NCBI GenBank assembly: GCA_963691825.1
Contig: OY829379.1
Location: 1,472,215-1,536,214, forward strand
DNA length: 64,000 nucleotides
DNA from: Erythrobacter sp.
GTDB taxonomy: Bacteria > Pseudomonadota > Alphaproteobacteria > Sphingomonadales > Sphingomonadaceae
Direction of reading: 5' to 3'
Shown: one piece after another, positions 9,036 through 20,484 of the stretch
Numbering within the stretch: position 1 is the first letter of the stretch
Layout: every line of letters begins with the position of its first letter
Program-made: the position numbers and the translations under genes
The notes under the pieces: model-generated
The model's input: the letters and a program-made list of their open reading frames with translations, nothing else
The model's database searches: none
Told to the model about the DNA's origin: nothing

Positions 9036-11222
9036 TTAGGCAATATCGAACCGGTCGGCATTCATCACCTTGGTCCAGGCCGCAATGAAGTCGGTCACGA
9101 ATTTCGCCTCCGCACCGCTTTCGGCATAGACCTCGGCCTGTGCGCGCAATTGCGCGTTGGAGCCGAAAATCAGGTCCGCCCGCGTTGCGGTGAACCGTTT
9201 CGCGCCAGTTTTGCGATCAGTTCCGACATATTCTTCGTCGCCAGATCCATCGACCGGGGTCCACTTTGTGCTCATGTCGAGCAGATTGGTGAAGAAGTCG
9301 GGGGTCAGCTGTCCAACCCTCTGGGTGAACACGCCGTGGCAATGTTCGCCGCTGACTGCGCCCAGCGCACGCATACCCCCAACCAGCACGGTCATTTCGG
9401 GGATTGAGAGGCCCATCAAATGGGCCTTGTCGATCAACATATCCTCGGTTTTCACCTGCGCTTTGGTTTTGAGGTAATTGCGGAACCCATCAGCAAATGG
9501 CTCAAGCGGTGCAAAGCTCTCTGCGTCGGTGTGCTCTTCCCCTGCATCGCCGCGCCCGCCGGTGAACGGCACGGCCACATCAAAACCTGCATCAGAGGCG
9601 GCCTTCTCAACCGCCGCCGATCCGGCCAGGACAATCGCATCGGCCATGCTCATCGCGCCGCGATGGCTATCGATCACCGACAGAACTTTGTTGAGTTCAT
9701 CCGGGTCATTGGCGGCCCATTCATTTTGCGGAGCAAGCCGCACGCGCGCGCCATTGGCGCCCCCGCGGTGATCCGACCGGCGATAGGTAGAGGCCGAGGC
9801 CCAAGCGGCCTTAACCAGCTCGCTGACTGTCAGGTCCGAGCCAAGAATTGCCGTTTTGAAAGCTGATATATCCGCATCCGAAGGCGCTGTGCCTGCTGGG
9901 ATGGGGTCTTGCCAAATCAGGTCTTCGGCCGGCACTTCGGGCCCTTGATAGCGGACTTTGGGCCCCATATCGCGGTGACACAATTTGAACCAAGCACGCG
10001 CAAAAGCATCGTCGAGCTGTTCGGGATGCTCCAAGAAGCGTTTGGAGATTTTCGCATATTCAGGATCGCGTTTGAGCGCCATGTCAGCTGTGGTCATGAT
10101 AGTCGGGACCTTTTTGTTTGGGTCCCGTGCGTCAGGTGCCATGTCCTCCGGATCTGGATTAACCGGGGTCCACATATTGGCGCCCGCCGGACTTTGGGTC
10201 AGCTCGTAATCATATTTGAACAAGAGCCGGAAATAGTCATGGCTCCATTGCGTCGGATTGTTTGACCACGCCCCTTCAATGCCCGAAGTCGTGATGTGAC
10301 CCTTGGCGATTTCGTCCTGATCGGTGAGCCAGCCAAAACCCTGCATCTCCAATGCTTCGCTTTCTGGGCTCTCCGAAAATGTATCGGCTGGCTGTGCGCC
10401 ATGGGCTTTGCCGAAAGCATGGCCGCCCGCCACCAGTGCGACGGTCTCTTCATCGTTCATTGCCATATTGGCAAAGGTGCGCCGCATATCGCGGGCCATG
10501 CCCTCGTCGTCATGCGGATTGGCGCCGGGTCCTTCGGGATTGACGTAGATCAGTCCCATCTGGATCGCGGCCAAGGGGTTGTCGAGGTCCATCTCCTTGT
10601 CCGGCTGGATCCGGGTTTGAGCCCCCGTATTCACCCACAAGTCCTCAGTGCCCCAATAGACCATTTCGGGCTCGTAAACATCGGCGCGGCCGCCGCCAAA
10701 ACCGAACACCGGGCCGCCCATCGATTCAATCGCGACATTGCCCGCCAGGATGAACAGATCAGCCCAGCTGATGCCTTTGCCGTATTTCTGTTTGATCGGC
10801 CACAACAGGCGGCGTGCCTTGTCGAGATTGCCGTTATCTGGCCACGAATTTAGCGGGGCAAAACGCTGCTGACCGCTGCCCGCGCCGCCGCGGCCATCGC
10901 CGGTGCGATATGTGCCCGCCGCGTGCCATGCCATACGGATAAAAAACGGGCCATAGTGACCATAATCGGCAGGCCACCATTCCTGATCGTCTGTCATCAA
11001 GGCCGTGAGATCGGCCTTTAGGGCGGCATAGTCGATGGCGTTGAAGGCGCTCGCATAATCGAAATCCTCGCCATAGGGGTTGGCGGATTTGCCCTCTTCA
11101 GTCAGCAGATCAAGCTGCGTCGCCTCGGGCCACCAATCCTTGTTGGTGCGGCCCAGCAATGTGCGGGTCGCGCTGTCTCCGTGGAACGGGCAGCCGCTCA
11201 TTTCACCGGTTTTAGCGTCCAT
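9036..11222 (-). CDS. katG: Catalase-peroxidase
   Basis: [11 protein letters not shown] distal motif, [10 protein letters not shown] and [10 protein letters not shown]; 728 aa two-domain length. Confidence 0.98.
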   Translation of the reverse strand: MDAKTGEMSGCPFHGDSATRTLLGRTNKDWWPEATQLDLLTEEGKSANPYGEDFDYASAFNAIDYAALKADLTALMTDDQEWWPADYGHYGPFFIRMAWHAAGTYRTGDGRGGAGSGQQRFAPLNSWPDNGNLDKARRLLWPIKQKYGKGISWADLFILAGNVAIESMGGPVFGFGGGRADVYEPEMVYWGTEDLWVNTGAQTRIQPDKEMDLDNPLAAIQMGLIYVNPEGPGANPHDDEGMARDMRRTFANMAMNDEETVALVAGGHAFGKAHGAQPADTFSESPESEALEMQGFGWLTDQDEIAKGHITTSGIEGAWSNNPTQWSHDYFRLLFKYDYELTQSPAGANMWTPVNPDPEDMAPDARDPNKKVPTIMTTADMALKRDPEYAKISKRFLEHPEQLDDAFARAWFKLCHRDMGPKVRYQGPEVPAEDLIWQDPIPAGTAPSDADISAFKTAILGSDLTVSELVKAAWASASTYRRSDHRGGANGARVRLAPQNEWAANDPDELNKVLSVIDSHRGAMSMADAIVLAGSAAVEKAASDAGFDVAVPFTGGRGDAGEEHTDAESFAPLEPFADGFRNYLKTKAQVKTEDMLIDKAHLMGLSIPEMTVLVGGMRALGAVSGEHCHGVFTQRVGQLTPDFFTNLLDMSTKWTPVDGSGDEEYVGTDRKTGAKRFTATRADLIFGSNAQLRAQAEVYAESGAEAKFVTDFIAAWTKVMNADRFDIA

Positions 11223-11303
11223 TGTCTCTCTCCCTTTTGGTTTATCCCTGCTCGTGACTCGGGTTTTCCCGAATGCATTGGGGGAGACTATCGCGTCAGC
11301 TTG

Positions 11304-11349
11304 ATCAGTCCAATCGATTAATCTGCGCGTATTGATTGGTTTTGCCGAT
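11304..11349. promoter_or_regulatory. Putative OxyR/LysR-type operator upstream of katG
   Basis: ATCA-N7-CGAT-N16-ATTG-N7-CGAT, similar to repeated ATAG-N7-CTAT OxyR half-sites. Confidence 0.45.
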
Positions 11350-11407
11350 TTCTAAGGCATTGGCCATTGCCCGGCTTCATTGGGTCGCCGGCCGGCAGGG
11401 CGGCGCT

Positions 11408-12526
11408 TTAGTCCAGTGATGCGGCGAGATGATCAAACCCTTCGGCAAATTCGCGCTTGAAATCTTGCACTACGCCCCCGGCGCTGCGCACTTCGGTGAC
11501 AAGCCCAACGCCTTGCCCAACGAAATACGAACACAGCTCTTGCGCTTTGGGATTGCCGTTGACCGCCGCTTTGTCGATTGCGCGCATGACGGGTTCGGAC
11601 AGCAACATCATCAGCGGCATGGGCAGCGCGGGCAGCCCGGCTTCCTCCCACATTGTGTGCCAGCCGGAACGCAATTGCCGCGAATATTTGCCGGTGCGGT
11701 GTTTGGACCGGATCGTGTCGCGGCTGCTGGCGGCGACCATCTTGTCGCGAAACACCTCATGCGTTTCGGCTTCGGCCGTGGCGAGCCAGACACTGCCACA
11801 CCATGCGCCCGCCGCGCCCATCGCCATCATGCCCGCCATTTGTTTGCCGTTCATGATCCCGCCTGCGGCCAGCACCGGAATATCCGCGCCTGAGGCTTCG
11901 ATCGCGGCGAGCACTTCGGGCACCAGAACAATCGTGCTCACTTCGCCGCAATGGCCGCCGCCTTCGCCGCCTTGTGCGATGATGAGGTCAACGCCGGCAT
12001 CAATCTGTTTCATTGCGTGTTCTTTCGCACCGACCAAGGCCGCGACCGGAATGCCGTGTTTCTTGCCCGCTTCGATCATCGCAGGCGGCGCGGTGCCCAA
12101 TGCATTGGCGATCAGGCGCACAGGATGGTTGAAGCTCACTTCGAGCAATTCTTGACCCAGCGACGTATTGGGCCGCTGCGCTCCGCCCAGCGGATCGGTT
12201 CCATCCGCACTGACCCCCGCATCGGCAAGGATTTTGGCGGTCATATCGCGATATTGAGCGGGGATTGCGGCGACAATTTCATCGGCCGTGACAGAATGAT
12301 CGACGGCCTGCACTTCGGGGATCAAAACATCGATACCATAGGGTTTGCCATCAACATGATCGTCGATCCATTGCAGCTCGGTTTCCAGCTGTTCGGGGGT
12401 AAAGCTGACCGCACCCAGAACGCCAAAACCGCCCGCGCGGCTGACCGCGGCAACAACATCGCGGCAATGCGAAAAGGCAAAAAGCGGGAACTCGCATCCC
12501 ACCATCTCTGTCATACGGAATGGCAT
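11408..12526 (-). CDS. Nitronate monooxygenase / 2-nitropropane dioxygenase family flavoprotein
   Basis: FAFSHCRDVVAAVSRAGGFG, AQGGEGGGHCG and PVLAAGGI; SD GGGAG before the ATG at 12526. Confidence 0.9.
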   Translation of the reverse strand: MPFRMTEMVGCEFPLFAFSHCRDVVAAVSRAGGFGVLGAVSFTPEQLETELQWIDDHVDGKPYGIDVLIPEVQAVDHSVTADEIVAAIPAQYRDMTAKILADAGVSADGTDPLGGAQRPNTSLGQELLEVSFNHPVRLIANALGTAPPAMIEAGKKHGIPVAALVGAKEHAMKQIDAGVDLIIAQGGEGGGHCGEVSTIVLVPEVLAAIEASGADIPVLAAGGIMNGKQMAGMMAMGAAGAWCGSVWLATAEAETHEVFRDKMVAASSRDTIRSKHRTGKYSRQLRSGWHTMWEEAGLPALPMPLMMLLSEPVMRAIDKAAVNGNPKAQELCSYFVGQGVGLVTEVRSAGGVVQDFKREFAEGFDHLAASLD

Positions 12527-12656
12527 CGGTTTTCTCTCCCAATCAATTTCGCCGGCCGCTTGTCCTTGAACGCGATGATGCTCCAACCACCATCGTAACC
12601 CGCTCAATAATGTGGGCGCATTCTGCTGCGCCCGGCTTATATCAGGCCCTTGCCCG

Positions 12657-13742
12657 TCATCCCATCTGCGCGCGGTGGAGCAGTTTTTGATCCGCCAGCA
12701 CCAGCGCCATCATGGCCTCCACCACCGGCGCGCCGCGAATGCCGACGCAAGGATCATGGCGGCCTTTGGTAACCACCTCGGTCGCTTCGCCATCTGAGGT
12801 GATGGATTTGACCGGAGTGAGGATGGATGAGGTCGGCTTGAATGCCACCCGGCACACGACCGGTTGCCCGGTTGAGATGCCACCAGCGGTGCCGCCTGCA
12901 TGATTGCTGGCGTAAACCGGATTGCCATCCTCGCCGGGGTGCATTTCATCGGCGTTTTCTTCACCGGTCAGCCTTGCGGCTTCGAACCCGTCGCCGATTT
13001 CAACGCCTTTGGTGGCATTGATGCTCATCATTGCAGCGGCCAGTTCGCTATCGAGCTTGGCATAGACCGGCGCGCCCCATCCCGCCGGGACACCGGTGGC
13101 AACGCATTCAACCACCGCGCCCAATGATGATCCGCTTTTGCGCGCTTTATCGACCATTTGTTCCCAGCGTTTCGCAGCCGATACATCCGGGCAGAAAAAC
13201 GGGTTCTGGCTGATTTGCGCGAAATCGATCGCCTCACGGTCGATTGTGTCACCGCCCAGCTCGCACACATAGGCGGTGATTTGCACCTCTGGCATGATCA
13301 AGCGCGCCACCGCTCCGGCGGCCACGCGTGCGGCCGTTTCGCGCGCGGAAGAGCGCCCGCCACCGCGGTAATCGCGAATGCCATATTTGGCGTCATAGGT
13401 GTAATCGGCGTGACCGGGGCGATAGCGTTTTGCGATTTCGGAATAGTCTTTGGAGCGTTGATCGGTGTTTTCGATCATCAGATGGATCGGTGTGCCGGTT
13501 GTCACCTGAACGCCATCACCATTGTCGAACACGCCGGACATGATGCGCACTTCATCGGCTTCTTTGCGCTGTGTGGTGTATTTGCTTTGCCCAGGCTTGC
13601 GCGCATCCATAAACGGTTGGATGTGGCTTTCGCGCAAAGGCAGGCCGGGCGGGCACCCGTCCAACACCGCGCCAAGGCCGGGGCCATGGCTTTCGCCCCA
13701 AGTGGTGAAGCGCAAAATGCGCCCAAAAGTGTTCCAGCTCAT
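12657..13742 (-). CDS. aroC: Chorismate synthase
   Basis: [31 protein letters not shown] and GRHDPCV signatures. Confidence 0.98.
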   Translation of the reverse strand: MSWNTFGRILRFTTWGESHGPGLGAVLDGCPPGLPLRESHIQPFMDARKPGQSKYTTQRKEADEVRIMSGVFDNGDGVQVTTGTPIHLMIENTDQRSKDYSEIAKRYRPGHADYTYDAKYGIRDYRGGGRSSARETAARVAAGAVARLIMPEVQITAYVCELGGDTIDREAIDFAQISQNPFFCPDVSAAKRWEQMVDKARKSGSSLGAVVECVATGVPAGWGAPVYAKLDSELAAAMMSINATKGVEIGDGFEAARLTGEENADEMHPGEDGNPVYASNHAGGTAGGISTGQPVVCRVAFKPTSSILTPVKSITSDGEATEVVTKGRHDPCVGIRGAPVVEAMMALVLADQKLLHRAQMG

Positions 13743-13863
13743 ACCAAGCCATTTCGCCCAAGCGGGCCCATTTGTCCATCACCCGATGGCCGCATGTTTC
13801 GCGATGCGGACAAATCGCGGCCTTGGGTGGTATTCACGCCCGCTTTCCTGCAAAAACAAAACC

Positions 13864-14472
13864 ATGATTGCAAAGCTATCGGGCAGGCTGGACTCTATTG
13901 GAGAGGATTGGGCCATCGTCGACGTCCAAGGCGTGGGCTATCTCGTCCATTGTTCGGCGCGCACATTGAATGCGCTGGGCGAAGTGGGTGAGGCGTGCAC
14001 CGTCCACACCGATATGCAGGTTTCCGAAAACGACATGCGCCTGCTCGGCTTTGCGGAAAGCGCGGAACGCGATTGGTTCCGCCTTTTGACGCAGGTTCAA
14101 GGGGTGGGAAGCAAAGTGGGGCTCGCGATCCTCTCCGCGCTTTCCACCGGCGAGCTGCGCGATGCTTGTGCTGCGGGCGATGCGGCAAGCGTGGCGCGCG
14201 CGAATGGTGTGGGGCCAAAGCTTGCCGGGCGGATCGTCAATGAGCTCAAAGACAAAGCAGGCGCGCTTCCGGGCGGAGCCACAGGCTCCGGCACGGGCGC
14301 CTTCAACGCACCTGTGGGTGGCGCCAGCGCCGATGCGGTGAGCGCACTGGAGAACCTCGGCTTCAAACCCAACGTGGCCGCGCAAGCTGTGGCGCGCGCG
14401 GTGGAGGAACTGGGCGAAGGCGCGGGCGAGGGCGACCTTATCCGCGTGGCGCTCAAGAAGGCGGCTGGGTGA
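13864..14472 (+). CDS. ruvA: Holliday junction branch migration protein RuvA
   Basis: MIAKLSG...VQGVGYLV, HhH motifs VQGVGSKVGLAILS and ANGVGPKLAGRI, C-terminal DAVSALENLGF. Confidence 0.97.
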   Translation: MIAKLSGRLDSIGEDWAIVDVQGVGYLVHCSARTLNALGEVGEACTVHTDMQVSENDMRLLGFAESAERDWFRLLTQVQGVGSKVGLAILSALSTGELRDACAAGDAASVARANGVGPKLAGRIVNELKDKAGALPGGATGSGTGAFNAPVGGASADAVSALENLGFKPNVAAQAVARAVEELGEGAGEGDLIRVALKKAAG

Positions 14473-14834
14473 TGGCTGACTCTGTCGCAATCCCGCACCC
14501 TGACGTGCCTGAGTGGCTAAGCGGTCCGACCAGTTCCGATGACGGTCAGTATGCTGTCTGGGACACCGACAACGATGTTGGGCCTTTCAAAATTGTCCAT
14601 AATCGGGACTTCATGATGAATGGCGATCAAGTAGATCAGGACTACAACTTCATCGACTATCTCTTTGGAGACCCCAGCAATCCGATATTGGCGCGAATGT
14701 ATCTGGACAGCCCTCGAGAGATTTCGGTTTCTCGTGAGGGCGGCCTCGATGAAATTCCGGAAAGCGTCATGGTCTATCTGAAAAAGCGGTTCCACGAAGT
14801 ATCGCTATTTGACGCAGTGGTTTGGGCTTCATGA
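14472..14834 (+). CDS. Hypothetical acidic protein (120 aa) between ruvA and ruvB
   Basis: ATG overlaps the ruvA stop (TGATG) and its stop overlaps the ruvB start (ATGA); fills the gap exactly. Confidence 0.75.
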   Translation: MADSVAIPHPDVPEWLSGPTSSDDGQYAVWDTDNDVGPFKIVHNRDFMMNGDQVDQDYNFIDYLFGDPSNPILARMYLDSPREISVSREGGLDEIPESVMVYLKKRFHEVSLFDAVVWAS

Positions 14835-15880
14835 CCGAAGACCCCATCCACTCCCCTGACCGCCAGCCCGGCGATCCCGATCAGGCGTTGCGGCCAAAGT
14901 CGCTCTCTGAATTTATCGGGCAGGAAGCCGCGCGCGATAACCTCAGGGTGTTCATCACCTCGGCCAAGGCGCGCGGGGAAGCGATGGATCACACGCTGTT
15001 CTTCGGGCCTCCGGGGTTGGGCAAGACGACGCTCGCGCAGATCGTTGCAGGCGAGCTTGGCGTTGGCTTCCGCGCCACTTCCGGCCCCGTGATCGCCAAG
15101 GCGGGCGATCTTGCGGCGCTGCTCACCAATCTCGAACCGCACGACGTACTCTTCATCGACGAAATCCACCGATTGAACCCGGTCGTCGAAGAAGTGCTCT
15201 ACCCCGCGATGGAAGACCGCGCGCTCGACATTATCATCGGTGAAGGCCCTTCCGCCCGTAGCGTTCGCATCGACCTCCCGCCCTTCACCCTGATCGGTGC
15301 CACCACACGACAGGGCCTGCTCACAACGCCCCTGCGCGACCGCTTCGGCATTCCGGTGCGCCTGCAATTCTACACCCATGATGAACTCGATCTTGTGGTG
15401 ACCAGAGCCGCCAACTTGCTCGGCCTAGACATAGATCCCGCAGGCGCGCGCGAAATTGCCCGGCGTTCGCGCGGGACCCCGCGTGTGGCGGGACGGCTGC
15501 TGCGCCGGGTGCGCGATTTTGCCCAAGTGGCCGGTCAAGCCACCGTCACCCGCGCTATTGCCGATGATGCGCTGACCCGGCTGGAGATTGACCGGTTGGG
15601 ATTGGACGCGATGGACCGGCGTTACCTCACCATGATCGCCACCACTTACAAAGGCGGCCCGGTCGGCGTGGCGGCCATTTCCGCCGGACTTTCAGAGCAG
15701 CGCGACACGGTTGAGGAAGTGATCGAACCCTACCTTATCCAATTGGGCCTCATCGCGCGAACCGAGCGCGGGCGGATGCTTAATGATGCGGCATGGGCGC
15801 ATTTGGGAATCGATCAACCCCGAGCTCGAACGGGCCCCTCCAACCCCGATCAACCCGGAATGTTTGACGAAAACCGCTAA
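14831..15880 (+). CDS. ruvB: Holliday junction branch migration ATPase RuvB
   Basis: [12 protein letters not shown], Walker [18 protein letters not shown] and RSRGTPR. Confidence 0.98.
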   Translation: MTEDPIHSPDRQPGDPDQALRPKSLSEFIGQEAARDNLRVFITSAKARGEAMDHTLFFGPPGLGKTTLAQIVAGELGVGFRATSGPVIAKAGDLAALLTNLEPHDVLFIDEIHRLNPVVEEVLYPAMEDRALDIIIGEGPSARSVRIDLPPFTLIGATTRQGLLTTPLRDRFGIPVRLQFYTHDELDLVVTRAANLLGLDIDPAGAREIARRSRGTPRVAGRLLRRVRDFAQVAGQATVTRAIADDALTRLEIDRLGLDAMDRRYLTMIATTYKGGPVGVAAISAGLSEQRDTVEEVIEPYLIQLGLIARTERGRMLNDAAWAHLGIDQPRARTGPSNPDQPGMFDENR

Positions 15881-15887
15881 GGCAAGG

Positions 15888-15910
15888 CCCGTTTTCGGTC
15901 TCAAAACGGG
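15888..15910 (+). terminator. Hairpin after ruvB (possible terminator)
   Basis: CCCGTTTT-CGGTCTC-AAAACGGG perfect 8-bp stem 7 nt after the stop; no clear U-tract. Confidence 0.4.
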
Positions 15911-16078
15911 ACAGCCAAGCCGAAATGCGGCGCAAACGCGTCTTCATGGAGGTGTAGCGGCTATGGATCATGGTTAACGCCATTGCGGCGAATCCCTACC
16001 TGACCCCAAAGCAGACTCGGTATTATTAAGGGCGTGGTTTATCTGTGCCCGATCACGTCGAAAGCGGGGTTCGTTTTC

Positions 16079-17107
16079 ATGTCTGTCAAACTGGCTGTAG
16101 CAAAGCTGTCTGCCACCGCTGCCGGGGTCGCGTTGATGACCGGCGGCGCGGTGCGTGTGGCTGAGCCGATGGCGACGGACGACCCGGCCTACACCACGGA
16201 TGCCGATGGCAAATTGGTCGAGAGCAAGCTGATTGCCAAAAGCAAATATATCAAAGAGGGTGTGCCAGATCGCCGCGTTCGGATCATCGATCGCACATCG
16301 GAATGCGTGCCCGTTGAACCGGAGCCCGCCTTTCCCAGCACTGCGCCTTTGCCGATCTTGATGGGGGCCAGCATTCCGCTCCCAATTATGCAATTTTCAC
16401 CTTCTGGCACGGTGGTTGAAACCTATTTCGATTCGGTTGAATGCCCTCCGATCACCCGCGTTGCCTATGCCCCTGCCCCCCTGCCACCACTTCCGCCAGT
16501 CAGAGGCGGCGGAGGCAGCGCTGCGGCGCCTGTTATTTTTGGCGGAGGTTTCGGAGGCGGTTCTGGAGGTTTCTTAGGCGGATTTGTGACGAGCAGTTCG
16601 TCGTCTTCGGGTGATGTTACCGTGAATAACGATGTCTCTGCCGAAGCCAATGCGGCGGCGGTTGCAGCAGCGGTCGCTGCGGTTCTAAACGATATTGATG
16701 TGCCGCGACCGCCCGTTTCTTCGCCGCCACCCTCCTCAACCAGCGGTGACATTTATATCGACATCGACATCAGTTCGACCAGTTCCAGCAGCACGTCGAG
16801 CAGCAGCAGCACGTCAACCAGTTCGAGCACGTCGACCAGCACGAGCAGCTCGACCAGCTCAAGTTCGTCGAGCAGTTCTTCATCATCGAGTTCCGGTGAT
16901 CCCGGGCATGGCTCGTCAAGCTATGGTTCTTCGAGCCACGGATCGTCGAGCTATGGTTCTTCAAGCCACGGATCGTCGAGCTATGGATCCTCAAGCTATG
17001 GTTCATCCAGCCACGGCTCCGGGGGGACACCGGTTCCCGCGCCTCCAATGATGCTTCTGTTTGCCCTTGCGGCCGCAGCTATTCTGCGGCGCACGGTTAA
17101 GGCCTAA
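16079..17107 (+). CDS. Ser/Gly/Pro-rich exported protein with PEP-CTERM-like (VPAPP) C-terminal sorting signal
   Basis: Signal-like N-terminus; poly-Ser tract; ends PVPAPP-MMLLFALAAAAIL-RRTVKA (motif, TM, basic tail). Confidence 0.8.
   Translation: MSVKLAVAKLSATAAGVALMTGGAVRVAEPMATDDPAYTTDADGKLVESKLIAKSKYIKEGVPDRRVRIIDRTSECVPVEPEPAFPSTAPLPILMGASIPLPIMQFSPSGTVVETYFDSVECPPITRVAYAPAPLPPLPPVRGGGGSAAAPVIFGGGFGGGSGGFLGGFVTSSSSSSGDVTVNNDVSAEANAAAVAAAVAAVLNDIDVPRPPVSSPPPSSTSGDIYIDIDISSTSSSSTSSSSSTSTSSSTSTSTSSSTSSSSSSSSSSSSSGDPGHGSSSYGSSSHGSSSYGSSSHGSSSYGSSSYGSSSHGSGGTPVPAPPMMLLFALAAAAILRRTVKA
16907..17026 (+). repeat. 15-bp coding tandem repeat: (H/Y)GSSS x7 plus HGSGG
   Basis: Units read directly: HGSSS YGSSS HGSSS YGSSS HGSSS YGSSS YGSSS HGSGG. 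Confidence 0.95.
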
Positions 17108-17154
17108 CTCGGCCCGATCGGTAAGAATCTGAGAAAAGACCGACCAAAGTTCGC

Positions 17155-17652
17155 TTAGCCCCCGGCGGGGTCAATTGGCGCAATACCTTGCAGTTCGCCG
17201 CCAGCTTCCTGCCAGGCAAGGATCCCGCCGGCCAGATGTTGAGCAGGTGCGCCCGTGTGGGCCGCAAGGCGTTCAGCCGCGATGCCAGATCGGCGTCCCG
17301 ACCTGCAATAGAGCACCACTTCGCGTCCATCGCCGAAATCCAGTTGTGCCGGATCAAAGGCGTCGAGCGCTATATGCTCGGCTCCCGGAATGACGCCTAA
17401 CGCGACCTCTTCGTCGCGGCGGACGTCGATCAACCTGACATTATGCGCTTCCAGCTTGGTGCGTAAATCGTCGACGGACAGTTCAACAATCGCTGCCTCA
17501 GCTGTTTCTTTGGATCCGCTGTCAGGATCGGCTGTAAGCGCCAATTCATAACCAGACGGCATGTATCGCTCCTCGCTCTCACCATCGCTTGGGGTGCATG
17601 CACCGAGCAGAAGTGGAAGAGCGAGGAGGGCAAGAGGAAGTTTGGGGGGCAT
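17155..17652 (-). CDS. Rhodanese-domain lipoprotein
   Basis: Lipobox LLLGAC; IDVRR, YCRSGRRS active-site loop and LAGGILAW. Confidence 0.88.
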   Translation of the reverse strand: MPPKLPLALLALPLLLGACTPSDGESEERYMPSGYELALTADPDSGSKETAEAAIVELSVDDLRTKLEAHNVRLIDVRRDEEVALGVIPGAEHIALDAFDPAQLDFGDGREVVLYCRSGRRSGIAAERLAAHTGAPAQHLAGGILAWQEAGGELQGIAPIDPAGG

Positions 17653-17664
17653 GGCGTTATCCAA

Positions 17665-20337
17665 TCAAGCAGCCAATTTGCGCAGCACGTAATGAAGGAT
17701 CCCGCCATTGCGATAATATTCCATTTCGTTGGCGGTATCGATCCGGCACGCGGTTGTGAATGCAAAAGTGGATCCATCTGCGTGGGTCACCGATACCTCG
17801 ACATCTTGCCCCGGCTCCAGATCAGCCAGCCCCGCAATGCTGAATGTGTCATCGGCATTAAGGCCAAAAGATTTGCGCCCCTCGCCCTCCTTAAATTGCA
17901 GCGGCAGCACGCCCATTCCGACCAGATTGGAGCGGTGAATCCGCTCAAAACTCTCGACTATCACTGCCCGCACGCCCAGCAGGATCGTTCCCTTGGCCGC
18001 CCAGTCGCGCGATGACCCGGTGCCGTATTCCTTGCCACCAACCACAATCAATTGGGTGCCGTCCTGCTTGTGCCGCATTGCCGCATCATAAATTGGCATT
18101 TGCGTCCCATTATAGATGGTGAAGCCTCCTTCGACGCCCGGGACCATTTCGTTTTTGATCCGGATATTGGCAAAGGTGCCGCGCATCATCACGTCGTGAT
18201 TGCCGCGCCTCGAACCATATGAATTGAAATCCTTCTTCAGAACCTGATTTGATTTGAGATAGGAGCCAGCAGGGGAATCTTCCTTGATCGCACCGGCTGG
18301 CGAGATGTGATCGGTGGTCACCGAATCGCCCAGGATCGCCAGCGGCTTCGCATCGAGAATGTCGGTGATCGGCGCCGGCGTCATTTCCATCCCTTCGAAA
18401 TAGGGCGGGTTGGCAACATAGGTTGAGCCGGCGCGCCAGGCATAGGTGTCGGATGGTTCCACCGTAATTGCCTGCCAATGTTCATCGCCTTGATGCACAT
18501 TGGCGTAGCGAGCTTCAAACATGGACCGATCAATATTGGCTGCCCGATTGTGCGCAATCTCGGCATTGGTTGGCCACAAATCGGCGAGCATGACGTCATG
18601 GCCGTCTTGGTCCTGTCCAATCGGCGTTGTGGTGATATCCTGTGTCACTGTTCCCAGCAGGGCATAGGCCACAACCAATGGCGGTGATGCAAGGAAGTTG
18701 GCGCGCACATCCGGGCTGACACGGCCTTCAAAGTTGCGATTGCCTGACAAAACACTGGCGGCAACAATATCGTTGCCATTGATCGCTGCGCTGATCGGGG
18801 GGGCAAGCGGGCCAGAATTGCCGATACAGGTCGTGCAGCCATACCCGACGAGGTCAAAACCGATTGCATCGAGATCATCTTGCAATCCCGATTTTTCAAG
18901 ATAATCGGTCACCACTTGCGATCCGGGCGCAAGCGAGGTTTTGACCCATGGTTTGGGCGTGAGACCTTTTGCATGCGCCTTTTGTGCAACCAGACCTGCC
19001 GCGATCATGACATCGGGGTTGGATGTATTGGTGCAGCTTGTGATGGCTGCGATCACAACATCGCCGTCGCCAATGTCGTGATCGGTATCGGCCACATCGA
19101 CGCGTGCCGGTTTATCCTTGTTGTAGATGCTCGCCAGATCGCCGTTAAACAGTTCATCCACCTGCGGCAGCGTCACTCTGTCCTGCGGACGCTTGGGCCC
19201 GGCGAGGCTGGCTTCGACCGTGGCGACATCGAGTTCGAGTGTCTTCGAGAAAACCGGGACATTGTCCGGGTCAAACCAAAGCCCCTGCTCCTTTGAATAG
19301 GCTTCGACCAAGGCGATCTCGTCTTCGCTTCGGCCTGTCAGGCGCAAATAATCAATGGTCTTATCGTCGATCCCGAAAAACCCGCAAGTCGCGCCATATT
19401 CAGGCGCCATATTGGCAATCGTTGCGCGATCGGCGAGCGTCAGGTTGGCAACCCCGGGGCCATAGAATTCGACAAATCTCCCCACAACCCCGACTTCGCG
19501 CAGCATTTGCACACAGGTCAGAACCAGATCGGTTGCGGTCACCCCTTCTGCCATTTTTCCGGTCAATTTGAATCCGACCACTTCCGGGATCAACATTGAG
19601 ATCGGTTGGCCCAGCATAGCCGCCTCGGCCTCGATCCCGCCAACACCCCAGCCCAGCACACCCAAGCCGTTGATCATGGTCGTATGACTGTCTGTTCCAA
19701 CGCATGTGTCGGGATAGGCGACGCGCTCGCCCGCCTCGTCAGTGCTTGACCAGATGCCCTTGGCGATGTGCTCCAGGTTCACCTGATGGCAAATGCCAGT
19801 TCCAGGAGGCACCGCGGAAAAGTTCTCAAAGCTCTTGGAGCCCCATTTGAGGAAATCGTAGCGCTCGGCATTGCGCTCATATTCGAGCGCCATATTGGCT
19901 TCCATTGCGTGAGGATGGCCAAATTCGTCGACCATCACCGAATGATCGATCACCAGATTGACCGGAACCTGCGGGTTGATCTTGTCGGTGTCCCCGCCCA
20001 GTTTCTTGATCGCATCGCGCATCGCGGCAAGATCGACAACACACGGCACGCCGGTGAAATCTTGCAATAAGACGCGCGCCGGGCGGTACTGGATTTCATT
20101 GCCCGTAACCGGGTTGTTCTGCCAATCGACGACCGCCTCGATATGCTCTCGTCCCACGGTAAAGCCGCCATCTTCGAAGCGCAGGAGATTTTCCAGCAGC
20201 ACTTTCATCGAGATCGGCAGGCGTGACACATCACCCAATTGCTGCGCCGCTTTGGCAAGCGAGTAATAGGCATAGGTCTGCCCGTTCACATCGAGCGATG
20301 AGCGGGTCGCAAGGCTGTCATTGCCGGTGGCTGTCAT
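17665..20337 (-). CDS. acnA: Aconitate hydratase A
   Basis: [38 protein letters not shown] and [13 protein letters not shown]. Confidence 0.98.
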   Translation of the reverse strand: MTATGNDSLATRSSLDVNGQTYAYYSLAKAAQQLGDVSRLPISMKVLLENLLRFEDGGFTVGREHIEAVVDWQNNPVTGNEIQYRPARVLLQDFTGVPCVVDLAAMRDAIKKLGGDTDKINPQVPVNLVIDHSVMVDEFGHPHAMEANMALEYERNAERYDFLKWGSKSFENFSAVPPGTGICHQVNLEHIAKGIWSSTDEAGERVAYPDTCVGTDSHTTMINGLGVLGWGVGGIEAEAAMLGQPISMLIPEVVGFKLTGKMAEGVTATDLVLTCVQMLREVGVVGRFVEFYGPGVANLTLADRATIANMAPEYGATCGFFGIDDKTIDYLRLTGRSEDEIALVEAYSKEQGLWFDPDNVPVFSKTLELDVATVEASLAGPKRPQDRVTLPQVDELFNGDLASIYNKDKPARVDVADTDHDIGDGDVVIAAITSCTNTSNPDVMIAAGLVAQKAHAKGLTPKPWVKTSLAPGSQVVTDYLEKSGLQDDLDAIGFDLVGYGCTTCIGNSGPLAPPISAAINGNDIVAASVLSGNRNFEGRVSPDVRANFLASPPLVVAYALLGTVTQDITTTPIGQDQDGHDVMLADLWPTNAEIAHNRAANIDRSMFEARYANVHQGDEHWQAITVEPSDTYAWRAGSTYVANPPYFEGMEMTPAPITDILDAKPLAILGDSVTTDHISPAGAIKEDSPAGSYLKSNQVLKKDFNSYGSRRGNHDVMMRGTFANIRIKNEMVPGVEGGFTIYNGTQMPIYDAAMRHKQDGTQLIVVGGKEYGTGSSRDWAAKGTILLGVRAVIVESFERIHRSNLVGMGVLPLQFKEGEGRKSFGLNADDTFSIAGLADLEPGQDVEVSVTHADGSTFAFTTACRIDTANEMEYYRNGGILHYVLRKLAA

Positions 20338-20484
20338 GTGTTTTCATCCCCTGTGCTGCCCCTTTGGACCAAGCGCGTCCGGAGCCGTCATTTGCGCTGT
20401 AAGTCGTGCTAGACTGCACTTGTTTGGTCAAGGGTTGGGCTTAGGCCAAGGTCTGATTTGCTCAGAGGGTTGCCGCTGAAAGCC

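Noticed and set aside
15960-15990. Possible sigma54 promoter for the PEP-CTERM-like gene
   Set aside because: GG and GC are 11 nt apart rather than the strict 10, and the TGGCAC context is missing.
16760-17026. Repetitive DNA as a possible CRISPR array
   Set aside because: The repeats are contiguous in-frame codon repeats with no unique spacers, and there are no cas genes.
20105-20130. GTAACC-N16-CGAC near-match to the sigmaF promoter
   Set aside because: The -10 is mismatched and the site is antisense inside acnA; other GTAACC hits (about 12595, 33224, 48795) also lack CGAA at N16.
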